Shown here one piece after another: positions 54,486 through 64,000 of a DNA stretch of 64,000 bases. Source of the stretch: an uncultured Nitrososphaerales archaeon (GTDB lineage Archaea > Thermoproteota > Nitrososphaeria > Nitrososphaerales > Nitrososphaeraceae). The DNA lies in NCBI GenBank assembly GCA_963695855.1, contig CAVOHZ010000006.1, positions 128,001 to 192,000 of the forward strand, written 5' to 3'. The translations under genes were made by a program, and so were the position numbers. Positions within the stretch are counted from its first letter, which is position 1, and every line of letters starts with the position of its first letter. The notes beneath the pieces are model-generated. The model saw only the letters and a program-made list of their open reading frames with translations. It did not search any database and was not told the DNA's origin.

Positions 54486-55271
54486 AGAAAAAATATATTT
54501 AACACCAAATATAAGACATTATTCAAGTCATCAATTTATTATTTTATCAAATAAAAACATTACACCATACAAATAGTAAAGACGAGAAGGGAGCAACAAC
54601 AAAGACATATTCTGGATGCACTAAAACTAAGTGTTTTAACACAATAAAAAGTATAATTATACAAACCCCATCACATCGCATCATGATCACCCTGACTGCT
54701 ACGATTACCAATAGAAGAAACATGCAACACATTTCTCTCTAGGGGTCAAATTACGTTTCCAAGAGGACGGTGTCAACCCTCACAATAACTATTAGAATAC
54801 CCCTCAACAAAGAATTTCCAAAGGAAATGTATTTTTGTAAATCAGAACCTTCTTTTGAAGTGCCTTCAAAAATCAATGAAGTTTAAAATGATTAAATGTT
54901 CTAAAATTGTAGATAGTCTGGTCTGTTAACGTAGTTAACTAATCAATATATAATTAAAATTAAAAGTAATTAGTGAATGAGAATATATGATAATAATAAA
55001 ACTATTGTTTTGAATAAAAATTTTTACGATAGAAATAACTGTAAATTCCTATTCTGTAATTCATGTTATTGGTGTGCAACTAATTTAAAATCTGTATCTG
55101 ATATTAACAAATGTGTTGTCTGTGGAAAAAGTAAATTATACGTTAGAAATATTTAAAGAATTAAATCATATGCCTATCAAAATTTACATGAGAAATATCC
55201 TGATACCTCTGGTGTTTTCTACAAAGTCTACACACTCTAATTGTTAAATATAATGATGAGAAAAAAATAGT

Positions 55272-55814
55272 ATGCCAATTGATGGGGAGTTTCCAAAAAA
55301 TCATCGTGTAATAGGTAAGCATGCCCTCTCGGACGGAGACCATTATCATTTTGTCTGGGGTCCAGGAAGATCTGATGCAGAAACATCAACAAAATCAGAC
55401 GTTCAGGCAGCATACAAAGAGAGAGGTGAAGAATACGTTCCTTTAGGTGTTCATGGTACAATGGTAGCCGTCGACTGGGATTCATGCTATGCGGACGGAG
55501 CATGTATTGAGGCATGTCCTGTACAAGTTTTCCAATGGTACAGAACAGAGAATGATGTACCTGCATCAGAGATGGTTAATGCTACAAGTGAAGGAACAGG
55601 AGAACAATCGCTAAGAGATGGACGAAAAGATTATACTGACAAGTCAGACCCAATCAGAGAACATGATTGTATATGGTGTATGGCATGTGTCTCCGTTTGT
55701 CCTCCGCAAGCAATCAAGGTGGACCAGTCAAATTTAGAATTTCACGAGAAGGCTTCAGGAACCTATAATGAAAGTCTTTCAAAATCTAGTGCGCCACCTC
55801 CACACGGACACTAA
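55272..55814 (+). CDS. Dicluster ferredoxin with His-rich N-terminal extension (Zn-ferredoxin-like)
   Basis: [12 protein letters not shown] and [12 protein letters not shown]; [13 protein letters not shown]. Confidence 0.9.
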   Translation: MPIDGEFPKNHRVIGKHALSDGDHYHFVWGPGRSDAETSTKSDVQAAYKERGEEYVPLGVHGTMVAVDWDSCYADGACIEACPVQVFQWYRTENDVPASEMVNATSEGTGEQSLRDGRKDYTDKSDPIREHDCIWCMACVSVCPPQAIKVDQSNLEFHEKASGTYNESLSKSSAPPPHGH

Positions 55815-56056
55815 TAATGATAATAATCTAAATAGCTTTTTAAACTATCTAAGTTTTTAATCTAATTTAGTGGTTTACCAATGAGAGATTCTAAATTTTA
55901 TAACCAGAACCAGAACCATAATAGACCTTGTTCCTGTATCGGTTACTTTAACTCTATAAAAATTACTTGAAATATGTGTCTTAAATTTGATAGCATCACT
56001 TTCTAATGAGTGTGCTTTTTATCTTGCTCTTTAGAATTAAACCACTAGTTTAACTA

Positions 56057-56560
56057 TCAAGACCTACAATAAAATAGTACATTGTTTTCAATTAATTTGT
56101 AAACCCGTAAATCTAGATTTTTACTATTTCTAGTATTTTGTGTTGTCTGAGAAAACCTGACCATACTGCTTTCCTGTACTTGATTCTGTTTCATATGAAA
56201 CCTCGGCTTTTGCAAGTAATTCACTTTAAAAAAATAAAACTCAAGCTCTGGAGGACTGATTACAATTGCATGTCCACCTTTGTACCCCACAATGATTCTA
56301 TGTGGGGTTCCTTTAGGAACAAAAATCACATCTCCCGTTTTGCCCGTAGCTGATTTCCCATCTAAAATGATTTCATAATCTCTCTCAACAATGTAAAAGG
56401 TTTCTGAACCTTTGGGATGTATATTTAACGCAGGCCCATATTAGGTGGATGAATTATATGTAGCATAGTATAGGTACCATTCGTCTCAGAACTAAGAACC
56501 TTGATAGTAAATTTCGCACTATCAAAATCAAATGGTTTATCCTTCACAAAAAATATTCTA
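56057..56560 (-). pseudogene. Cupin-domain pseudogene
   Basis: SSETNGTYT...IHPKGSETFYIV...GDVIFVPKGTPH over shifted frames. Confidence 0.7.
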
Positions 56561-56689
56561 TATTTTAAGAATATATCTGTTAATTTTCTAAACAGAGAAT
56601 TATTAAGCAGACAAATATTCTTCCTAATATAACTTGCAGGAAGATGCGCTTTTTAAATATATTTCTTATACCTTTATTAATAAAAATAA

Positions 56690-57100
56690 AAAATTTTCAT
56701 GATTCTCGTATTCAGATTGAATCTTCCTGTTCTAAAATATCTAGATATTTTAATTATGAAATCTGTGAAGAATGAATAATACAGTAGGACTAGAAGATCA
56801 TTTTTGGGTATATTGCATATATTTGTTCCAGTACCAACCACACACTCTGGAGAAGCATTTGGAAGATATACTGGAATCAAACTATCTTTATTGCCAGCAA
56901 AATATTCTAGTACTTTTTTTTTGATTTGTAATCTCCTTTTGCTTTATCAAGTATAGGTAACTTTTTGGAAAATTTCTGTATCTGTTTCAGATAATCCAGA
57001 AAGTATTTTCATGAGTCAAAGCAGTCATACTGTTTAAATAGCTATTGTTTTACTTCCAAACTTGTAGTACCAAATAGGACTGACTCTGATGAGATCAAGT
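56690..57100 (-). mobile_element. Degraded IS630 remnant related to the 39522 element
   Basis: IPVYLPNASPE...KNDLLVL.YYS.FTDF...ISRYFRT matches the 40430-40590 segment. Confidence 0.75.
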
Positions 57101-57159
57101 GATCCTTACAATGAGTCAGGACACAATATAGAATTTTGATGACTGGTGACCATGTATGC

Positions 57160-57300
57160 AAAATAAACGTAACTTATTTCATGTGTATAACTAGATACAA
57201 TTCTTTATTTTCATATACAATGATGATATGACATCTAAGAAAAATTATTTTATTATCCCTGTTAAAAAAGGAGGTGAATTAATCTTAAATTAACACAGTT
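57160..57300 (+). mobile_element. IS6 3'-end remnant
   Basis: Similar to 45020-45144 (tatttcat...gatacaattcttt...aaggaggtgaat). Confidence 0.6.
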
Positions 57301-57678
57301 CTTACCAATATGAAAATACTTAACAGTTTCTTTTTGTTACATTCAATTTATTATGAATGAAAAAGAGGGTAATCGCTTTTCTTTTGCAAAATCTTGTTTT
57401 ATTGATATGCCATTTGGTAAGAAAAAAGATGATGGTAGTGTAATACAAATTGATGGGCATTGACACGTTCGGTTAGACAGAATAATGATTCTGTCATTCT
57501 CATGCTATATAGCCTAAAGTATATTTAGTTTTTTTATGAATGATTTCAATTTAGAAACTGTTAGTTTATCGCCTCTTTATCTGTATTATTGACTATTAAT
57601 AAGTTAATAAAATAATAAATACGAAAATCTATATTATAATAAGATAAAAATCAAACTTACTTCGTATTTTTATCGATT

Positions 57679-58719
57679 ATGGTTATTGCAATAACATTTG
57701 GAATTAGCATTTCATCGTTTTTAAATAATACTAATCCATTAGTATATGCCGTGGATAACTACAATTATTCTACTGTAGAAAGTAATACTCGATTATTTTT
57801 AGAGAGTCTACAAAAGAATTCCGGTCCTCCCATGTATACTTTGGCACCCAATGAAGCTCGTAATGTACTGTCTGGTCTTCAGTCTGGTCAAATACAAAAA
57901 CTTGCCGCTGAAATTGAAAACAAAACTATTCCAGGCGGCCCTAGCGGTGAAATATCTATTCAAATAGTCAGACCCCAAGGTAGCAGAAACGAAACTCTAC
58001 CTGTTGTAATGTACTTCCATGGCGGTGGATGGGTCCTGGGTGGTTTTGATACTCATGAGAGACTCTTAAGGGAACTTGCTAACGGGGCACATGCAGCCAT
58101 TATATTTGTAAATTATACTCGCTCCCCCGAGGCTAAGTATCCAATACCTGTAGTAGAAGGATATTCTGCTACAAAATGGATTACAGAAAATGGTCAAACT
58201 ATCAATGTAGATCCTTCACGGATAGCTGTAGCAGGTGATAGTGCAGGTGGCAACATCGCTACTGCAGTTGCACTACTAGCCAAAGAACGGGGTGGAAATC
58301 CTATCACGTTCCAATTACTCTTTTACCCAGTCACAGATGCGAATTTTGACACTCCATCATATTTGAAATATCAAGAAGGTTACTTTCTTACCCGCGAAGC
58401 AATGAAATGGTTTTGGAATAATTATCTTTCAAATGATACTGATAGAAAAGAGCCAACTGTTTGTCCACTGCAAGCATCAGTTGAGCAGCTTAGTGGATTA
58501 CCGCCTACACTTATCATAGTCGGAGAGAATGATGTACTTCGTGATGAAGGTGAGGCCTATGCTCATAAACTGATGCAGGCTGGAGTTATAACCACTGCAA
58601 CCCGCTATCTTGGCACTATTCATGACTTTGTGATGCTGAATCCAATTACCGATACTCCTGCAGCGAGGGGTGCAATAGACCAAGCATCTCATACACTTAG
58701 AGAAGTATTGTCAAAGTAG
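57679..58719 (+). CDS. HSL-family esterase/lipase (alpha/beta hydrolase_3)
   Basis: HGGG, GDSAG, DVLRDEG and HDF catalytic motifs; hydrophobic N-terminus. Confidence 0.93.
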   Translation: MVIAITFGISISSFLNNTNPLVYAVDNYNYSTVESNTRLFLESLQKNSGPPMYTLAPNEARNVLSGLQSGQIQKLAAEIENKTIPGGPSGEISIQIVRPQGSRNETLPVVMYFHGGGWVLGGFDTHERLLRELANGAHAAIIFVNYTRSPEAKYPIPVVEGYSATKWITENGQTINVDPSRIAVAGDSAGGNIATAVALLAKERGGNPITFQLLFYPVTDANFDTPSYLKYQEGYFLTREAMKWFWNNYLSNDTDRKEPTVCPLQASVEQLSGLPPTLIIVGENDVLRDEGEAYAHKLMQAGVITTATRYLGTIHDFVMLNPITDTPAARGAIDQASHTLREVLSK

Positions 58720-59082
58720 AAATGAAAGTGAGGGAATGACAATTTCACTACGTGGTTAAACTTTTGTTAATTACGAAAATTTCCAGTTTTTTCATGCCTT
58801 TTTAAATACCCGTTCTCTTATCCACGGCCATATTATCTTTCTAATAATTATCATATCTGTACTCATCTCCGTACGCTTGTGCTTGTGCATTCGTAACTAA
58901 TTGGTATGTTTAGAAGTATTATAGGTGGTGACAATATCGCTGCCAATAAAGACTATAAAACAAGTTTATTTTATCTAATTATATATCTAGATACATATGA
59001 AAACTAAAACATCTACTTCTAATGGATTTATAATGAAAATTATAAATGGTTATTATAATATATAAATTCTAGAAACAGAGTA

Positions 59083-59397
59083 ATGCTACTGAGAATGTTT
59101 TTAATTTTTAAGAAGTTTAGTATTTTAGCCATTTTTATTGTTCTCTTCATAGGATTATGCAGTCAAAATATTCAGGGTCAAACTTCAAACGCGTCAGATG
59201 AATTCGAAAGGATTTTGAAAATGCAGCAACAAGAATTAGACGAGCAATTAAAGCAAACAACGGAAACAACACAATCCTATAATGTGACAGATGAATTCGA
59301 AAGAGATTTGAAAATGCAGCAACAAGAATTAGACGAGCAATTAAAGAACACATTGAAATCCTTCAATGCCACAAATCCACTTGAGGAACTCAGATAA
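59083..59397 (+). CDS. Small secreted protein with an internal duplication
   Basis: DEFER.LKMQQQELDEQLK twice, with a 93-bp period. Confidence 0.6.
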   Translation: MLLRMFLIFKKFSILAIFIVLFIGLCSQNIQGQTSNASDEFERILKMQQQELDEQLKQTTETTQSYNVTDEFERDLKMQQQELDEQLKNTLKSFNATNPLEELR

Positions 59398-59881
59398 AAA
59401 TAATATTATACTGAAGTTTCATTAGTAGCTTTTATATAAATTAATTTTCAGAAGATTGACATTTTCGTTTATGTTTGTGTGTTTTGTTAGCGCAAGAACA
59501 GATTGTCATTCAATGGATTGGACGGGATTTGTTCGCTCGCTTCGACAGACGACGGACTCTGTTATATGCTTGTTTATTGTCAAAGATATCTTTAGCTTTC
59601 TTGATTTGAATTATTGCTGACCAAAAGTAGAAATCTTACTTTATTTTTTATATTCTTATAAAATAATTTTCAATAATCAAAAAAGGATGTAAAAAAATTT
59701 AATTATCCTTACAAGTGGATTATCAGAACATTGCGCAACAGTTATGACATTACCCTTACTGCCATCTGAAATAATCACAAATGATTTATTTATTAACAAA
59801 CTATTATGCTCTTTGTATTTGGATTCTACTTCAGTTAAAGCTTTAATGTTACAATTTATTATTTATGAATAGATAATACGT

Positions 59882-60205
59882 TTGCATAAAAATGAAGATT
59901 TAGAAGAGAAGAAGCTGTTAGGCTCAGGTGGCTATGCTTTTGCATACCTAACAGAAGATGAAGAATTAAAATTCAGTCTAGGAGTACCACATTTATTCTT
60001 GGGAAATATAGGTAGACTAGACAAAGAAAGATTAACAAGGTATTATTGCAAGAAATGTGGAAAAGAATATCTTGGATTTCCTCTAATAACATATGAGAAT
60101 CCAAATGAGGAAATTACACAAGATGTTATTTTACTAGAAAAGGGAGAATACAAATGCACGATTTGTAATAATACAATAGCACAATATCGTAAATTCAACA
60201 AATAG
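59882..60205 (+). CDS. Zinc-ribbon hypothetical protein
   Basis: YYCKKCG ... YKCTICN. Confidence 0.7.
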   Translation: MHKNEDLEEKKLLGSGGYAFAYLTEDEELKFSLGVPHLFLGNIGRLDKERLTRYYCKKCGKEYLGFPLITYENPNEEITQDVILLEKGEYKCTICNNTIAQYRKFNK

Positions 60206-60574
60206 ATATAATGAAACTTTATAGCTAGATTTTTTGGATATGTAAAACTATAGCAACTAAAATGAATTCGCTAAACAGATACTATCCTAGAAATATAGCA
60301 TAGATTTCAAATAAAATTCGTATTGTTCTTTAATATCGTGCTTAAATTATCTCATGCCATAATAAAGACGAAATTAAATTCAATAATTAGGTTATGATGA
60401 TATTATTGATTTTCATAGTTGTACAACAACGCAAAGATTACAATCAAATTTATTTTTTTATTAAATTTATAGGCACGTAGAATTTTAACGTTTTTACTTT
60501 TTCCAAAACAATTTTAAATAATAAAACATATAGTTGGTTGGTTATATTCTAATTCTATGAGGTTTTTAAATATA

Positions 60575-60874
60575 TCAAGTTACTTGTTCTATTATCCATT
60601 CTTTGAATTTTATAATTCCAAATTCTTCTGATTCTTTAATAAATGAAGAGTCATTTAATCTCCATTTATCTTGAGGTATAGATTCAAAAAATTGTTGCAT
60701 GCATAGAGTATACATAACACGTAGGTTTTTTGGATTTTCATTTATCCCGTATCTATTTAAAATATTAGAAATTTGACCAAAAGATTCATCATATTTTCTT
60801 TGTATTCCTGGTAATTCAAAAGTTGCATGTAATATTGATACGACTTTATCCAAATCATCTTTTAATGTTATCAT
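60575..60874 (-). CDS. Hypothetical protein
   Basis: Clean 99-aa ORF. Confidence 0.45.
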   Translation of the reverse strand: MITLKDDLDKVVSILHATFELPGIQRKYDESFGQISNILNRYGINENPKNLRVMYTLCMQQFFESIPQDKWRLNDSSFIKESEEFGIIKFKEWIIEQVT

Positions 60875-60919
60875 GACTATTCTTTTAATATATTATCCAG
60901 TGCAATATCAATTATTTCT

Positions 60920-61041
60920 TTAAGGAAAAAAACAAATTTATCGATTTGTGATGGTGTTCGTAACTTTCAAGATGCATACAAAAAGGAATACTGGACATTC
61001 AAGAATCCAAGAACAAAACACATTGAGAATACGGTTCATTA
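60920..61041 (+). mobile_element. Short DDE transposase fragment (IS6-like)
   Basis: CDGVRNFQDAYKKEYWTFKNPRTKHI resembles the DG...Y..A...H segment of archaeal IS6-like transposases. Confidence 0.45.
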
Positions 61042-61306
61042 ACAACCTGGTCCAGGTTTGTTCCTTCCTGCCTATTCTAATACATTCCATGTCTTTCAAA
61101 GATTGAGGCTAAGCAAGTGCTAATAAACAGAGTACATAATTCTCGCAGTGGATGTTCCGTTTCTTTCAAGAAATCTACTGATCATAGGTTAGAAATAGAA
61201 CATTCATAGCTAAATCTATTTTGTTAAATTAAAAGCCATCGTTATTGTACTTAATTAAAGCAAGAATAAATAGATAATAGTATCAATCTTAATATCACTA
61301 AATTAC

Positions 61307-61756
61307 GTGTTAATGTTAATGTCTACAATTACAAACGAGGTTACAAAAGCAATCAGTAAATTTCAGGAAGAAACTAGAAAATTATATGAAAATGATATCC
61401 AATTACAAAAAAACGTATTCTATTCCTGTCAATCAGCATATGGTCAATTTCTTGAAAATATACCGAAGTTATACTGGAATAATTCAAGGATGCCGGAAAG
61501 ATTTATTGAAGCATACAATACAATTAACAAAAATGTTGTAGATAATATCACTAACCGGACAAATTTCACAAACGAAAAGATATTGGAAAATATAGAAAAA
61601 TTTGGCAGAAATATTGAATATGCACAAAGATATTTCAATGATACAACTCAAAATTATTTCAATTATCAAAATTATTTCAACTATGTAAAAGAATTGGAAA
61701 GAGCTGCTTTGTTGCGTAACTCGCTATTCCTAACACATTTAGCTAGCCTATTCTAG
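61307..61756 (+). CDS. N/Q-rich amphipathic helical protein (possibly phasin-like) with its C-terminus altered by an IS insertion
   Basis: Helical N/Q-rich sequence; the last 16 residues are encoded by the IS5 left end. Confidence 0.55.
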   Translation: MLMLMSTITNEVTKAISKFQEETRKLYENDIQLQKNVFYSCQSAYGQFLENIPKLYWNNSRMPERFIEAYNTINKNVVDNITNRTNFTNEKILENIEKFGRNIEYAQRYFNDTTQNYFNYQNYFNYVKELERAALLRNSLFLTHLASLF

Positions 61757-62726
61757 TCATAATACATGTGAACTGGAAGAAGTACAATGAATCTCTTGTT
61801 AAACGTGGTGAGGTATTACTTGATTTTGATGTTATAGATAACTGGGATTCTGAACTAGAGAAGATGAATGAATACAAAGAAGGTAGAAAATTTGTATATC
61901 CAGAGTCATTCATCAAACTACTTGGATATGTGAGAGCATATTTTCATTTACCATACAGACAAACTGAGGGTATTGTACCGAGCTCATGCTGCAAATACGT
62001 TACCATCAATTCCAGATTATAGCGGGATTTGCAGAAGAATAAACAGATTGGATATCAAAATAGATGATGATGATGATCAGGATAAATCCACTTTACAACA
62101 TGATGATAATTTTGTAATTGTAATTGATTCTACTGGTGTTAAAGTTACAAACAGAGGAGAATGGATTAGGCACAAATGGAAAGTAAAAAGAGGTTATCTC
62201 AAAATACATATAGCAGTTGACATAAAAAAGAAGAGAATTCTATCATTACATGTAACCAGTGAAGAAGTGCATGATGGAAAAGTATTACCTAAATTAGTGG
62301 GTGATATAACTATAAAACAGAACAAAGTAGTTGAAACTGCCATTATGGATGGTGCCTATGACAGTAACAAGAATTTTCAATTTTTATCATTTAAAGGAAT
62401 TCAACCAGCAATTAAGGTAAGAAAGAATGCCAAGTATAGAAAGACAAACCATTATTTGAGAAACAAGAACGTACAATCACAGAAAACCAATCTACAACAA
62501 TGGAAGGATAGTGTAGACTATGGACAAAGATGGATTGTAGAAACTGTCTTTTCCTGTATTAAGAGAATGTTTGGCGAATATGTTACTGCTATAAGATTTG
62601 AGAACATGATAAAGGAGATAATACTGAAAGCGTCTTTGTATAACTGGTTTCAAAGTATAAGGGTTACATAATTTACCTTAGTAACAAAAAATAGATGATT
62701 ATCTAGACGAGTTACGCAACAGAGCA
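61705..62726 (+). mobile_element. IS5-family element with complete ends, 8-bp target duplication GAAAGAGC and a transposase carrying one frameshift
   Basis: IRs tgctttgttgcgtaactcg / cgagttacgcaacagagca; gaaagagc at 61697-61704 and 62727-62734. ORFs 61768-62022 and 61973-62671 are homologous to 12076-12972. Confidence 0.93.
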
Positions 62727-63429
62727 GAAAGAGCCTACAACAAATAAGATATTATTTTTTGAAAATAGGATTAGAATTTTTAATTTACAAATATTCTATT
62801 TCAAATCCATCTACAATTTTTTTAACTTGGTTATATTTCGATCTAATGAAAGACCAAATTTTATCATTTTGCCATGGGAGTAAATCGTCACATGTTGATC
62901 GTTAGACCAGGATTGACGTCACTCATATTTAAGATCAGTTAGACCAGCAATATTTAAACTGAGAATTGATATGTCATATATTTTTGATATTTCAATTTAG
63001 TCATTCATCTATTATTAATGTTACCATTATTCTATAGTTTTAAATTTGAGAAATATAATCATCTGGAATGTATCCTGTGTGTCCTTTTACGGGTAAATTT
63101 GCTTTAATGACTTACTAAGATTAATGGCCTCTTCATCACACCCTTTAATAAAATTAATAGTTATACTTTATTTAAAAACAAATTATTTAATATATGATTA
63201 TCTTAATATTTCTAGAAATTTATTTTAATCGTAACTTAGTCGTTGTTTTAAATTAGTTTAAACAATTGATCTATATATTCAAGAGATTAACAAATATTTC
63301 TCCTTGTTTTTTATTAATTTTTTAATCATATTTACATCCCTATTCCTAATTTTAGGATTTTTTTTATTATTCTTTAATTTATCTTCTTCACTTCATACAT
63401 TTCTATTCTTTATATTGGGTTTAATGTTA

Positions 63430-64000
63430 AACAATGTATTGTTACCACCTAATACAGATGACTACGATTAGCTACAAAATATAAATGCAGAAAAAAATAT
63501 TGAAAATCAGAATCACATAAATCAAATTATTTCAATAAATCGAAATTCCATTGATAATGTTATTTTTATAGGTAATTGAGCTCATTTAAATAATAGTCTC
63601 ATTCTCCAACATTTAAAAGGAGAAGAGCAAAAAAATGCATTACGTACTCTTCTTAAGCAAGGTTTTCATGAATATTATTTCTCCATGAATAATTTAAGAC
63701 CATGATTATGCAAAATTAGCAGAAAAATTACTAGAGTCTGCTGAGAAAACTAATATAAAAATAATAATTATTCTCCGTCCCCTTCAGAGGGTGATTCGAA
63801 TACAAATTATGACTGGAAAGGACAAATTAAATATTTTAATTCTGTTGATAATTGGTAAAGAATTATCCAAAATAATTTGAAGCATTTACTATGGATGATT
63901 TTAATTGGATAAGTACACGAGATGATACTAAATTTGTAAATAATAATGATTTTATGGAACATTCTAAGTTCGTTAAAGCACTTAAAGATAAAGACAAAGA
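63430..64000 (+). pseudogene. Degraded hypothetical (possibly hydrolase-like) gene, 3'-partial
   Basis: Fragments LLKQGFHEYYF, AEKTNIKIIIILRP, DWKG and FEAFTMDDFNW in shifting frames. Confidence 0.4.

Noticed and set aside
58800-58970. Minus-strand remnant of a secreted protein N-terminus (NAQAQAYGDEYRYDNY)
   Set aside because: Short and frameshifted; not enough to define a feature.
62889-62948. Two imperfect gatc(a)gttagaccag direct repeats
   Set aside because: Only two copies, with no linked gene or element.

Overview
Low-GC archaeal chromosomal segment, most likely from a soil ammonia-oxidising archaeon (Nitrososphaeraceae, Nitrosocosmicus-like). This assignment is inferred from gene content: exosome Csl4, UPF0147, a beta-CASP RNase, archaemetzincin, a thaumarchaeal ferredoxin, a CopC/CopD fusion and many secreted proteins. 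The first ~8 kb is mostly housekeeping (GvpD/RAD55-like ATPase, OGG glycosylase, beta-CASP RNase, Csl4). 8-39 kb holds surface, metal and sulfur functions: a LamG/discoidin adhesin, NikR, an HD-GNAT fusion, dodecin, a class V PLP enzyme, a Rieske protein, a multipass-membrane plus Venus-flytrap fusion, a CopC-CopD-propeller fusion, a cupredoxin-like protein, hemerythrin, and alkyl- and aryl-sulfatases. 39-64 kb is a heavily eroded accessory region. It contains IS630, IS481, IS6 (plus a MITE) and IS5 elements, and a decayed integrated element with an 11-bp phased repeat array ending at a tRNA-like remnant. It also carries a cytochrome P450 with an atypical I-helix next to an NADP-dependent reductase, a ferredoxin and an esterase. 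No rRNA, intact tRNA or CRISPR array was seen. All family calls come from motif recognition by eye; no searches were run.
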